DNA of 37,138 bases from contig JBFKTF010000001.1 in the NCBI GenBank assembly GCA_041636435.1, forward strand, positions 1-37,138, written 5' to 3'. Below, piece after piece: positions 26,419 through 33,641 of this stretch. Made by a program: the position numbers and the translations under genes. The notes under the pieces were generated by a model. That model searched no databases. It worked only from the letters and a program-made list of their open reading frames with translations, and was not told the origin of the DNA. Each line of letters opens with the position of its first letter. Position 1 is the first letter of the stretch. The stretch is from Thermoplasmatota archaeon. Lineage in GTDB: Archaea > Thermoplasmatota > E2 > JACPAO01 > JAHFTW01.

Positions 26419-26612
26419 CGATGGAACACCGGTGGGTGCGGTGGCCCATCGCGCTCGTCGCCGGCTTTGGGGCCATCGCGGTGCTGGCCCTCGTCATGCA
26501 GCAAATCATCCAGGGGGCGTTGGGCGTCCGCTGGGTGATCCACTGGTTCGAGACGGTGCCGTTCATCGCCCTGCTGTTTGCCTACCTCATCGACAGGCGG
26601 TTGCGGGCTTAG
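26415..26612 (+). CDS. Small membrane protein (65 aa, two TM segments)
   Basis: MTMEHRWVRWPIALVAGFGAIAVLALVMQQIIQGALGVRWVIHWFETVPFIALLFAYLIDRRLRA, with an ATGA overlap with the DUF3179 gene. Confidence 0.5.
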   Translation: MTMEHRWVRWPIALVAGFGAIAVLALVMQQIIQGALGVRWVIHWFETVPFIALLFAYLIDRRLRA

Positions 26613-27562
26613 AACTCGTATTCGCCTTCGTCGATGAATTCCCAGTCTTCCTCGGGGATGTGGTTGTAGAACAGGGTCACGTAGAACGCGACTTCCTGGT
26701 CGATGGCCACGCCGACACCCCAAACGGTGCCCGGAACGCACTGGACACCGCAGTTGCTGAACAAGCCGATGGCGAATTGCTGGTTCCAGCCATTGCCGTC
26801 GTTGATGGTCGTGAAGTTGTTGCCCCCGCCGCCAATGTCCTCACTGGCCACGTTGTTGTTGACGCGGCAGATGAGGGGGCTCTCGCCGCGGATGTTGCAG
26901 ATGCGGTCACTGCCGGTGCCGCTGGTGCATCCGGCGTTGTCGCGGTTGCATTGGATGGTGACCAGGCCGCTGCTGAGGGGCTGGTTGGCCTTCCAGAAGA
27001 CCTCGGATTGGAAGTGGCTGGGGGCGTCGGGGCGACCCGCGTCGAAGACGCCCATGCTGTTGTCGCGGTCGCGCATTCCGGCGGCTCCCGTGGGGTCGCA
27101 GGAACCAGCGTCCCAGACAAAGTTCAGCGTCTTGAAGCCGCAGGAAATGAATGCCTCGTAGTACAGGGTCTGGGCGCTGGGCAGCTCGCTGGGGTTCAGT
27201 TCCACTTGGATGCGCAGCATCTCCGGCTTGTCGACGCCCGCCTGGACCTGGGTGCTGGATTGGACCTTGCCGTAGCCGACCTTCTGGACGTCCAAGAAGT
27301 AGGCGCCGGGCTCCAAGTCCGTGAAGAGGAACAAGCCGTCCTCGTCGCTTTGGGTCTCCAGGCCCAAGTTCTTGATGGCGATGGTGGCGTCCGCCACCGG
27401 GCGAATCTCCGTGTCGATGATGACGCCGCGAATGACGCCCTTGTCGTCGGCGACCTCGACGTCCTGGAACTTCTCGGGTTCCGCTTGGGCATTGACCGGA
27501 GCAGGGTCGGCGCAGCCGGACAAAGCGACGGCCACCAACATGAAAGCGACAAGGACGCGCAT
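26609..27562 (-). CDS. Paralogous lipoprotein P4 (same family, closest to P1)
   Basis: From ATG 27562: MRVLVAFMLVAVALSGC; DDKGVIRGVIIDTEIRPVADATIAI...EDGLFLFTDLEPGAYFLDVQKVGYGKVQSSTQVQAG; QSEVFWKANQ; QCVPGTVWGVGVAIDQ; FYNHIPEEDWEFIDEGEY. Confidence 0.8.
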   Translation of the reverse strand: MRVLVAFMLVAVALSGCADPAPVNAQAEPEKFQDVEVADDKGVIRGVIIDTEIRPVADATIAIKNLGLETQSDEDGLFLFTDLEPGAYFLDVQKVGYGKVQSSTQVQAGVDKPEMLRIQVELNPSELPSAQTLYYEAFISCGFKTLNFVWDAGSCDPTGAAGMRDRDNSMGVFDAGRPDAPSHFQSEVFWKANQPLSSGLVTIQCNRDNAGCTSGTGSDRICNIRGESPLICRVNNNVASEDIGGGGNNFTTINDGNGWNQQFAIGLFSNCGVQCVPGTVWGVGVAIDQEVAFYVTLFYNHIPEEDWEFIDEGEYEF

Positions 27563-27583
27563 GCGAGGGCCTCGGATTCCCGC

Positions 27584-27588
27584 TATTT
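27584..27588 (-). promoter_or_regulatory. Candidate TATA-like element for P4 (GTCAAATAGCG on the minus strand)
   Basis: AAATA lies 22-26 nt upstream of ATG 27562, in the 53-nt gap after the DUF547 stop. Confidence 0.35.
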
Positions 27589-27615
27589 GACGGTTGTTGG
27601 CGTCCTGTGCAAGTC

Positions 27616-28275
27616 TCAGGCCTTGTTCAGGGTCCAATCGTAGCGAAGCCACTGGATGCGGGGGTGGTTGGCGCGGGCCCATAGCACGTCGCTCTTTCCG
27701 CCGTACTTGTGGAACACTTCCCTGGGCGATCCGATGCGGGCGAAGTCCTTGCGGAACCACTTGAGAATCGTGGGCAAGTACAGCACGTTGGCCGCCCGGT
27801 CCAGGCGGGCGTCGGCCATGAACGCCCGGCCCGCCAATTCGAGTTCTTCGTGCAGGTCCTCGCCGTGGTAGATGCCCTCGCGCAGCGGGGGGCACCCCGC
27901 GGTGGCACAAACCAAGGCAAAGTGGCCCCGCGGGTCGCGGCGCAGGAAGGGCTTGAGGCGCCGGTATTCCAGCGTCGCCAGGGTGCTCCACTTCCCCGCG
28001 ACCTTGAATGGGGTCAGGAAGAAGAAGACGAACCGCGTCCACGGGTTGCGCAAGGAACCGCGCACCTTGCCATCGCGATACAAGCGACGTTGCACGGCCC
28101 GGATGGTGCAGATGTTGTATGCGTTGAGCAGGAACGCGTACTGCGCGGTTTCGGGCATGCCGCGGAGGTTCGCCTTGGCGATGGCGTCCAGCGCCTCTTG
28201 GAGGTCGTCTCCCTTGATGGCATCGTAGTCGACGCCATCCGAAGAGGCGTGGACCAACACCGCGTCACCCGTCAA
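27616..28275 (-). CDS. DUF547 family protein (cytoplasmic, no signal peptide)
   Basis: AFLLNAYNICTIRAV...STLATLEYRRLKPFLRRDPRGHFALVCATAGCPPL...ELELAGRAFM fits the DUF547 pattern. There is no in-frame ATG downstream of the P5 stop, so TTG 28275 (or GTG 28260) is proposed. The track ORF start at 28587 lies inside P5. Confidence 0.7.
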   Translation of the reverse strand: MTGDAVLVHASSDGVDYDAIKGDDLQEALDAIAKANLRGMPETAQYAFLLNAYNICTIRAVQRRLYRDGKVRGSLRNPWTRFVFFFLTPFKVAGKWSTLATLEYRRLKPFLRRDPRGHFALVCATAGCPPLREGIYHGEDLHEELELAGRAFMADARLDRAANVLYLPTILKWFRKDFARIGSPREVFHKYGGKSDVLWARANHPRIQWLRYDWTLNKA

Positions 28276-28322
28276 TGCGTCGTCACCGGCGTGTAGTGGA
28301 AAACGTCGATGGTGCGAGTTGG

Positions 28323-29222
28323 TCAGACCATGCCATCGTTGGCGAAGACCCAACCTTCTGGTGGCACCATGTTGTAGAATGAGGCCGCGTACGTGTGGAT
28401 TCGCTGCTGCACCACGATTCCAACCCCGGCTTCCGGCGCGATCGGGTCGCCGCAGACGGTGCAGTCTGCCTTCACGAGCAGGCCGATGCCCACGCCGGAT
28501 CCGCGGCCATGGCCGACGGCACCGATGGTGCTGATTTGCCCGACCGTGCCGCTGGCGGCCACGTCCTCCAGCGTGGAGCGGCACCACAGGGGGCTGCTAC
28601 CCCAGTGCTGGCACATGGTCCAACCATTGAGGGGGTTGCAGTACGCGCCACCGGTGCAACTGGCCCACGTGGAGGTCAGGCTGTCGCCCAGGGCCTGGGT
28701 GTTGTCCCAGACCACTTCCACTTGCACTGCGTCGGGCACGCGGTCTTCGGCGGGCAAGAAGATGGCGTTGTCGGGCGCGCCGAATTGGCCCGTGCCCCCA
28801 TCGCAGGATTCGATGAATGTGGCCACGATGGCCTCGCACGCGATGAAGCCCACGTACTCCGTGATGATGCCATAGGGCAGCGTGCTGGCCAGTGGCTCCA
28901 AGGCGACGCGGACGTCGGCCACCTCGCCAGCGACGACCTGCACGCTGGTCTGCGTCGGGATGAAGTCCGTGGCGTTGAAGCCCAAGAAGTGCGCTCCCGG
29001 GGGGACGTCCTTGAACGCAAAACGACCATCGTCCCCGGTGGTCGCTTCGATGCCGCTCAACGCGACGCGGACGCCGGGCAACGGGTTGATGGCCCCATCC
29101 GTGACGAGGCCCCGGATGGCGCCGAGGGTGGGCACGTCCGCCACCGGCTCCGCCGCGTCCTCTTGTTGGGCGCAGCCTGCAAGGGAGGCCAACAGCAGGA
29201 GGGCCAGGACGGAACGACGCAT
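28323..29222 (-). CDS. Paralogous lipoprotein P5 (most divergent member)
   Basis: MRRSVLALLLLASLAGC; GAIRGLVTDGAINPLPGVRVAL...GDDGRFAFKDVPPGAHFL; QVEVVWDNTQ; EAGVGIVVQQ; FYNMVPPEGWVFANDG. Confidence 0.8.
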   Translation of the reverse strand: MRRSVLALLLLASLAGCAQQEDAAEPVADVPTLGAIRGLVTDGAINPLPGVRVALSGIEATTGDDGRFAFKDVPPGAHFLGFNATDFIPTQTSVQVVAGEVADVRVALEPLASTLPYGIITEYVGFIACEAIVATFIESCDGGTGQFGAPDNAIFLPAEDRVPDAVQVEVVWDNTQALGDSLTSTWASCTGGAYCNPLNGWTMCQHWGSSPLWCRSTLEDVAASGTVGQISTIGAVGHGRGSGVGIGLLVKADCTVCGDPIAPEAGVGIVVQQRIHTYAASFYNMVPPEGWVFANDGMV

Positions 29223-29246
29223 GCCGGCACCTCGGCGACCTGACGG

Positions 29247-29250
29247 ATAT
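29247..29250 (-). promoter_or_regulatory. Weak TATA-like element for P5 (CCCATATCCG on the minus strand)
   Basis: ATAT lies 25-28 nt upstream of ATG 29222, in the 40-nt gap after the CARF-wHTH stop. Confidence 0.25.
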
Positions 29251-29262
29251 GGGTTGTGGTGC

Positions 29263-29913
29263 TTAGCTCGGGCGCTTGCCCACCAGCATCAAGGAACCCA
29301 TCTCGGTGAGGCGGATCGTCAGGCGGCCGAATGTGGCGCGGTCAATGTGCACCAAGCCCATGTCCTCCAGGCCCTTGCCTTCCCGCGTCGTGCGCAGGTG
29401 GTAGCTGAGCAGGCTCTTCTCCACGCCGCTGGCCTCGGACAACGCCGCCAAGGACTCCGCGTGTCCCCCCATGGCGTCGAGGCTCTGCAGGATCTTGTAC
29501 TTGGCATCCGAAATCAGCTCCGCGTAACTGAACTTCAGGACGGGCAAGGAGAACGGTCCATCGGGGGCGATCCCGATGGCCGGGATGCCGTTGACGAACG
29601 CCGCCGACAAGGCACTGCAGGTCTGCATTTTCTCGCCGCTGCTGACGTTGATGAGGACATCCGTGAAGCCCATTTCTTCGCCTTGCAGGTTGCTTACCTT
29701 GTGCAAGGTGTCCATGAGCATGTCCTCGTCGTCGACCTCCAAGGATTCCACCTCGATGTGGAGTGGTTCGAGCTTCTGGCGAATCTCCTGGGCTTGGGCA
29801 GCGAACTTGTCGGGGTGGAGGAGGATGAGTTTGCGGACCGGATAATCGCGCACGCCGATGAGCACCGGATCGATGTCGTCGCCGACGGTGGCGATCATCA
29901 GGACCTTGGACAC
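29263..29913 (-). CDS. Csa3-like regulator: N-terminal CARF-like Rossmann domain plus C-terminal winged helix
   Basis: (V/M)SKVLMIATVGDDIDPVLIGVRDYPVRKLILLHP...DVLINVSSGEKMQTCSALSAAFVNG parallels the Csa3 layout (beta1 xxTxGF, and the D/N-x-S/T-x-G-x-K/R motif). The C-terminus ISDAKYKILQSLDAMG...LSEASGVEKSLLSYHLRTT...GLV is a wHTH. Start is GTG 29913 or ATG 29898. The track ORF start at 30195 lies inside the helicase gene. Confidence 0.7.
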   Translation of the reverse strand: MSKVLMIATVGDDIDPVLIGVRDYPVRKLILLHPDKFAAQAQEIRQKLEPLHIEVESLEVDDEDMLMDTLHKVSNLQGEEMGFTDVLINVSSGEKMQTCSALSAAFVNGIPAIGIAPDGPFSLPVLKFSYAELISDAKYKILQSLDAMGGHAESLAALSEASGVEKSLLSYHLRTTREGKGLEDMGLVHIDRATFGRLTIRLTEMGSLMLVGKRPS

Positions 29914-29937
29914 GGATGGTCCATGGTGGTCCCGCAC

Positions 29938-29942
29938 GTAAT
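29938..29942 (-). promoter_or_regulatory. Candidate TATA-like element for the CARF-wHTH gene (GCATTACG on the minus strand)
   Basis: ATTAC lies 25-29 nt upstream of GTG 29913, just downstream of the helicase stop codon. Confidence 0.25.
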
Positions 29943-29944
29943 GC

Positions 29945-32900
29945 CTACTGAGCGAGTCGCGCCCGCTCCACGGCGCCCACGATCCGGCGCACTTGCTTGT
30001 CGGGGTCGTGCAACCAGTTGCGACTCCACACGCGCACCACGGACCAACCACGGGACTCCAGGAATTCTTGCCGTTGCACGTCCCGCTCCCGGGCGCCATG
30101 GGCGGCGCGGAAGTTGGGGCCATCCAATTCCACGGCCACCAAGAAACGCTCCGGGTCCTCCTTCGTGGCGACGGCGATGTCGATGCGGTAACCACTGTAG
30201 CCCACCAGCGCCTTGGCCACGTATCCTTCGTCTTCCAGCGCCTGGCAGAGGCGGCGGTGCATGCTGGTCGGGGGGCTGGCCCGGCCGGAGCGTTGGGTGC
30301 CTTCGGCGACGCGGGCCAACACGGCCTCGGCGGTGCCGCGGTCGCCCCGGTCGACGGCGCGGGCGTACTCCAAGTAGGCGCGCAGGTGCTTGGGTCCCAG
30401 GTGGGTGCTGGATTCCACTTGCAGGTCCTCGGGGTCCATGCTCGTCACGACGTGCACTTGGCTGCGGGCGCGGGTGATGGCGACGTTCAGGCGGTGTTCG
30501 CCGCCGCGTTGGTTGAAGACGCCGAAGCGGTTGCTGAGCTTGCCCTCTGCGTCGGGGCCGTACGTGGTGGAGAACACCATGACATCCCGTTCGTCGCCTT
30601 GCACGTTCTCGATGTTCTTGATGAACGGTCGCCCATCGGCGTCGGCTTGCAACGCACGGGCCCAATCGGCGGCGAATTCGGTGTCCACTTCGCAGCGAGC
30701 ATCGATGCGTTCCTCGATCAGTTCCCGCTGTGGTTGGTTGAAGGTCACGACGCCGACGCTGGGGGGCTCGGGGCGGGACAACAAATCGGCCAAGATGTCC
30801 ACGATGGCGTCGGCTTCGACGCGGTTGCGGCGGTCCACGAAGCGGCCCTCCACGCGGTGGTATCGGATGGGCCTTGCACCGTGGTCCGGGTTGGGCACCA
30901 CCTTGAGGCCACCACCGTAGTAGGCCTGGTTGCTGAACTCCACCAGTTCTTGGTGCTCGCTACGGTAATGCCATTCCAACATGTGGCAACCAAAGGCAGC
31001 CTGGGCCAGACTCAGCAAACTGTCCGTTTCCAATTCGGGCTCGTCGTCCTCGCCTTGGCCACGGAACAAATCGAATGGTGGCAGTTGTTGTTCGTCGCCC
31101 GCGACCACGATGCGCTTGGCGCGGTAGATGGCGGGCAGGGCACGCTCCACGGCAAGTTGGCTGCCTTCGTCGAAGACCACCAAATCGAAGCTGCCCGACT
31201 CCAGAGGGTGCACCGCGGAGACCGCTTCTGGGCTCATGAGCCAGCACCGCGCGGCGCGGTCCCAGACGTGGCCCAGGCGCACGTCGTGCAGCAATTGGCG
31301 CATCGTGGGGATGCGGCGCTTGCGGCGCAACAAGGCGCCGGCCTGGTTCCATGCCCGGGCATCGCCGGTGGGGTTGCGTGCCAATTCCCGCATGGCGGTG
31401 CCGATGCCGTCGGCCATGCGGCGGCGGCGTTCGTTCAAGATTATCGCCAGGCGGTCCCGCTTGCGGGCATGGTCGTGGAACGGGTCCCCACGGAGCATGG
31501 GAATCTCTTGTTCCAATTCGGCAATCCAAGCCGCCAGCACCTCTTGCGTGATGCCGTGGGCCGCTGCATCACCAAATTCGCGCAGGCCCAGCAGCACAAG
31601 GCGCCGCGCGGCGACGGGCAACTCGCCCAAGTGGCGGTCCACTTGCACCAGCGTCTCCCAGTCGCGGCAACCGTCGCGCCACGCGGCCACGACCTCGAGG
31701 CTGTGGTCGGCGTCGTCTGTGATGCGGTTGCGCATGCGCGCACCCACCACGTCGTCGAGTGCATCCAATGCATCGAGCACGCGCAGGCCTTGGCGGATGC
31801 GCGCGGCCCACTCGGCGGCGTCCTGCTCCGAGGCCGCGACGCCCGACAGGAACGCTTGCACGTGGGTGCGGGCGGTGCGCCATTCGGGGTCGACGCGGCG
31901 CAGCATGCTGCGGCGCTTGGCCATCCACGTGGTGAACGCGTGCAGGTCGGCTTCCAGGTCTTTGCGGGGGCCGATGTGGTAGGGGCGCTCCAATTCGTCG
32001 CGCAAGCGATCCAGGCGTTCCTCGACGTCGGCCCGGCGGGGTGCGTCGTGGCCCAGGTCCCGGCGGCCGGCCCACACGTGGTCGATGCGGTACCGGCGCA
32101 CGTCGGCGCCAATGTCTTGGATGGCCGCCGTGGCGCGCTCCACGTCGGACCATTGCACGTCGTGCAAGTCGCGGTGGCCCGCCAAGCGCACCGTGTGGTC
32201 CGGGTCCGCTTCGGCGTGGATTTCATGGATGGTCTTGCCTCGGTGCGTCTGGCCAAAGACCTCCACGATGGCGTCCAAGTCATCCACGAGGCGGTCCACC
32301 TCATCGCATAGTGGGCGCAGGTCGGGGACACCCGGCGTGGGTCCGTCGATGAGCCGCGCCAAGGCCTGGAATGCCGCCTTCCGGTCGGCGTTGGGGTCGT
32401 GCACCAAGAGGCAGATGTCGTCCAGTCCGGCTTGGCGCAGCCGCTCGTGCACCACGTCCAATGCGGCGCGCTTCTGGCACACCACCAACACGCGCTGGCC
32501 ATGACGCAACGCGTCCGTCACGAGGTTGGTGATGACCTGCGACTTGCCCGTGCCCGGGGGTCCACGAATCACCGTGCAGGGCGTGGCGCGGGCACGCAGC
32601 ACCACGTCCGTTTGTTTGCCGTTGGCGGCCAGGACGTTGCCGATGTCGTTGTCGGCCACGGCATCCACGTGGGGCACCTCCACGTCCGTGGTCAAATCCG
32701 CTGGCAAATCCAGCAAGTGCTTCAGGAGCTCCATGCCGTCGCCGTCGGCGGCCGCAATGAGGCCGTCGTAATCGGCGTGGATGGGTTCGTTGGCCTGCGG
32801 AAAGTCCCCCATGACCACGTGGCGGGCCAAGTGGAGTGGCGCATTCTGCGTGGCGCGGTCTTCCTTGGTCATGGGCGCCAAGGCCTGCGTGGCGCCATCC

Positions 32901-33562
32901 ATCAGCGGCGCCAAGATGCCATGCTGCTGCAACAGATCCTCCATGTCCGCCAAGAGCTGATCCAGGTCGAACTCGCCCGCGGGCAAGTCCGAAAAACGTG
33001 CCACCAGGTCCTCCAAGCCATCGATGAGGGTGTCCTGGATGCGGGTGTCCTGCACCTTCGCGACCGCCGCCAAGAGGGCCTTGTTGACGGCGGGGTGGGC
33101 GCCTTCGCGTAGACTGGCATGCCATCCACCCGGCCGGCTGCCGGGTCGGTGCTCGATGTCGATGGGCAACAACAGCAACGGGCCACGGACCCACGTGTCT
33201 TGGTCCAACTTGCCCGTCAAGAACGGGAAGCCCAAGTGGCCCGATTCGAGGCCGGTCTCTTCGCGTTGCAAGTGCAAGTGGCGGCGCATCGCCACCAAGC
33301 GGGCACGGGCCTCGCTGGCTTCCGGACTGGTGTCGCGGTCCGGCACGATGCAGGAACTGCGGCCCGAGAGGACGCGACGAATCGTCGTCGCGGCCAGCTC
33401 ATGGTCATGGCCCAAATCGAGGCCGCGGCGCTTGGGGAGCGTCGCCAACATGATGCTCGGATTGCGCGCCGTGATGTGCAGCAACCGGTCGCGCAAGAAG
33501 GTGAGTCGGGAGGGGAGATCGGGGGACGAAGCGTGCTTGGACTGAGAGGAAAAAGCGCTCAC
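29945..33562 (-). CDS. Large SF1 (Upf1-like) helicase: N-terminal DUF4011-like region, C-terminal Vsr/DUF559-like (PD-(D/E)xK) endonuclease domain
   Basis: 1205 aa, GTG start. N-terminus LTFLRDRLLHITARNPSIML. Walker A IRGPPGTGKSQ. A helical insert of about 450 aa. Motif II LVVFDEGSQ...VVAGDEQQLPP. Then YRSEHQELVEFSN, ENVQGDERDVMVFS and GEHRLNVAITRAR. C-terminus GYRIDIAV...LVAVELDGPNFRAAHGARERDVQRQEFLESRGWSVVRVW. Confidence 0.85.
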   Translation of the reverse strand: MSAFSSQSKHASSPDLPSRLTFLRDRLLHITARNPSIMLATLPKRRGLDLGHDHELAATTIRRVLSGRSSCIVPDRDTSPEASEARARLVAMRRHLHLQREETGLESGHLGFPFLTGKLDQDTWVRGPLLLLPIDIEHRPGSRPGGWHASLREGAHPAVNKALLAAVAKVQDTRIQDTLIDGLEDLVARFSDLPAGEFDLDQLLADMEDLLQQHGILAPLMDGATQALAPMTKEDRATQNAPLHLARHVVMGDFPQANEPIHADYDGLIAAADGDGMELLKHLLDLPADLTTDVEVPHVDAVADNDIGNVLAANGKQTDVVLRARATPCTVIRGPPGTGKSQVITNLVTDALRHGQRVLVVCQKRAALDVVHERLRQAGLDDICLLVHDPNADRKAAFQALARLIDGPTPGVPDLRPLCDEVDRLVDDLDAIVEVFGQTHRGKTIHEIHAEADPDHTVRLAGHRDLHDVQWSDVERATAAIQDIGADVRRYRIDHVWAGRRDLGHDAPRRADVEERLDRLRDELERPYHIGPRKDLEADLHAFTTWMAKRRSMLRRVDPEWRTARTHVQAFLSGVAASEQDAAEWAARIRQGLRVLDALDALDDVVGARMRNRITDDADHSLEVVAAWRDGCRDWETLVQVDRHLGELPVAARRLVLLGLREFGDAAAHGITQEVLAAWIAELEQEIPMLRGDPFHDHARKRDRLAIILNERRRRMADGIGTAMRELARNPTGDARAWNQAGALLRRKRRIPTMRQLLHDVRLGHVWDRAARCWLMSPEAVSAVHPLESGSFDLVVFDEGSQLAVERALPAIYRAKRIVVAGDEQQLPPFDLFRGQGEDDEPELETDSLLSLAQAAFGCHMLEWHYRSEHQELVEFSNQAYYGGGLKVVPNPDHGARPIRYHRVEGRFVDRRNRVEADAIVDILADLLSRPEPPSVGVVTFNQPQRELIEERIDARCEVDTEFAADWARALQADADGRPFIKNIENVQGDERDVMVFSTTYGPDAEGKLSNRFGVFNQRGGEHRLNVAITRARSQVHVVTSMDPEDLQVESSTHLGPKHLRAYLEYARAVDRGDRGTAEAVLARVAEGTQRSGRASPPTSMHRRLCQALEDEGYVAKALVGYSGYRIDIAVATKEDPERFLVAVELDGPNFRAAHGARERDVQRQEFLESRGWSVVRVWSRNWLHDPDKQVRRIVGAVERARLAQ

Positions 33563-33592
33563 ACGTACTCTTTGTTTTCAAGCCCTCAAAGC

Positions 33593-33608
33593 CCTTCGGG
33601 AACGAAGG
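33593..33608. other. Perfect 6-bp hairpin (CCTTCG-GGAA-CGAAGG) in the gap between the MscS-USP and helicase genes
   Basis: Read directly from the sequence. It lies in the 79-nt intergenic gap. On the minus strand it is followed by GCTTTGAGG. It could be a terminator or processing element, or nothing. Confidence 0.3.
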
Positions 33609-33641
33609 TCGAACGATGCGCTCAAGACGGTACGTGCGTTG

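Noticed and set aside
29993-32311. 772-aa plus-strand ORF inside the helicase gene. Also the long plus-strand ORFs 18617-20398, 22464-24143, 23591-25273 (except its last ~83 codons) and 16224-17285.
   Set aside because: These are shadow frames opposite the helicase, menC/menA, menD, menF and P3 genes, with the same low-complexity composition. Only the 3' tail of 23591-25273 (25022-25273) looks like a real wHTH gene.
29263-33562. Interpretation as a CRISPR-Cas (Cas3-like), restriction-modification or known named defence system
   Set aside because: There is no HD domain, no cas genes or repeats, and no methyltransferase or specificity subunit nearby. The helicase is SF1 Upf1-like, not SF2 Cas3-like. 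I cannot match the pair to a named system from memory, so it is reported only as a candidate.
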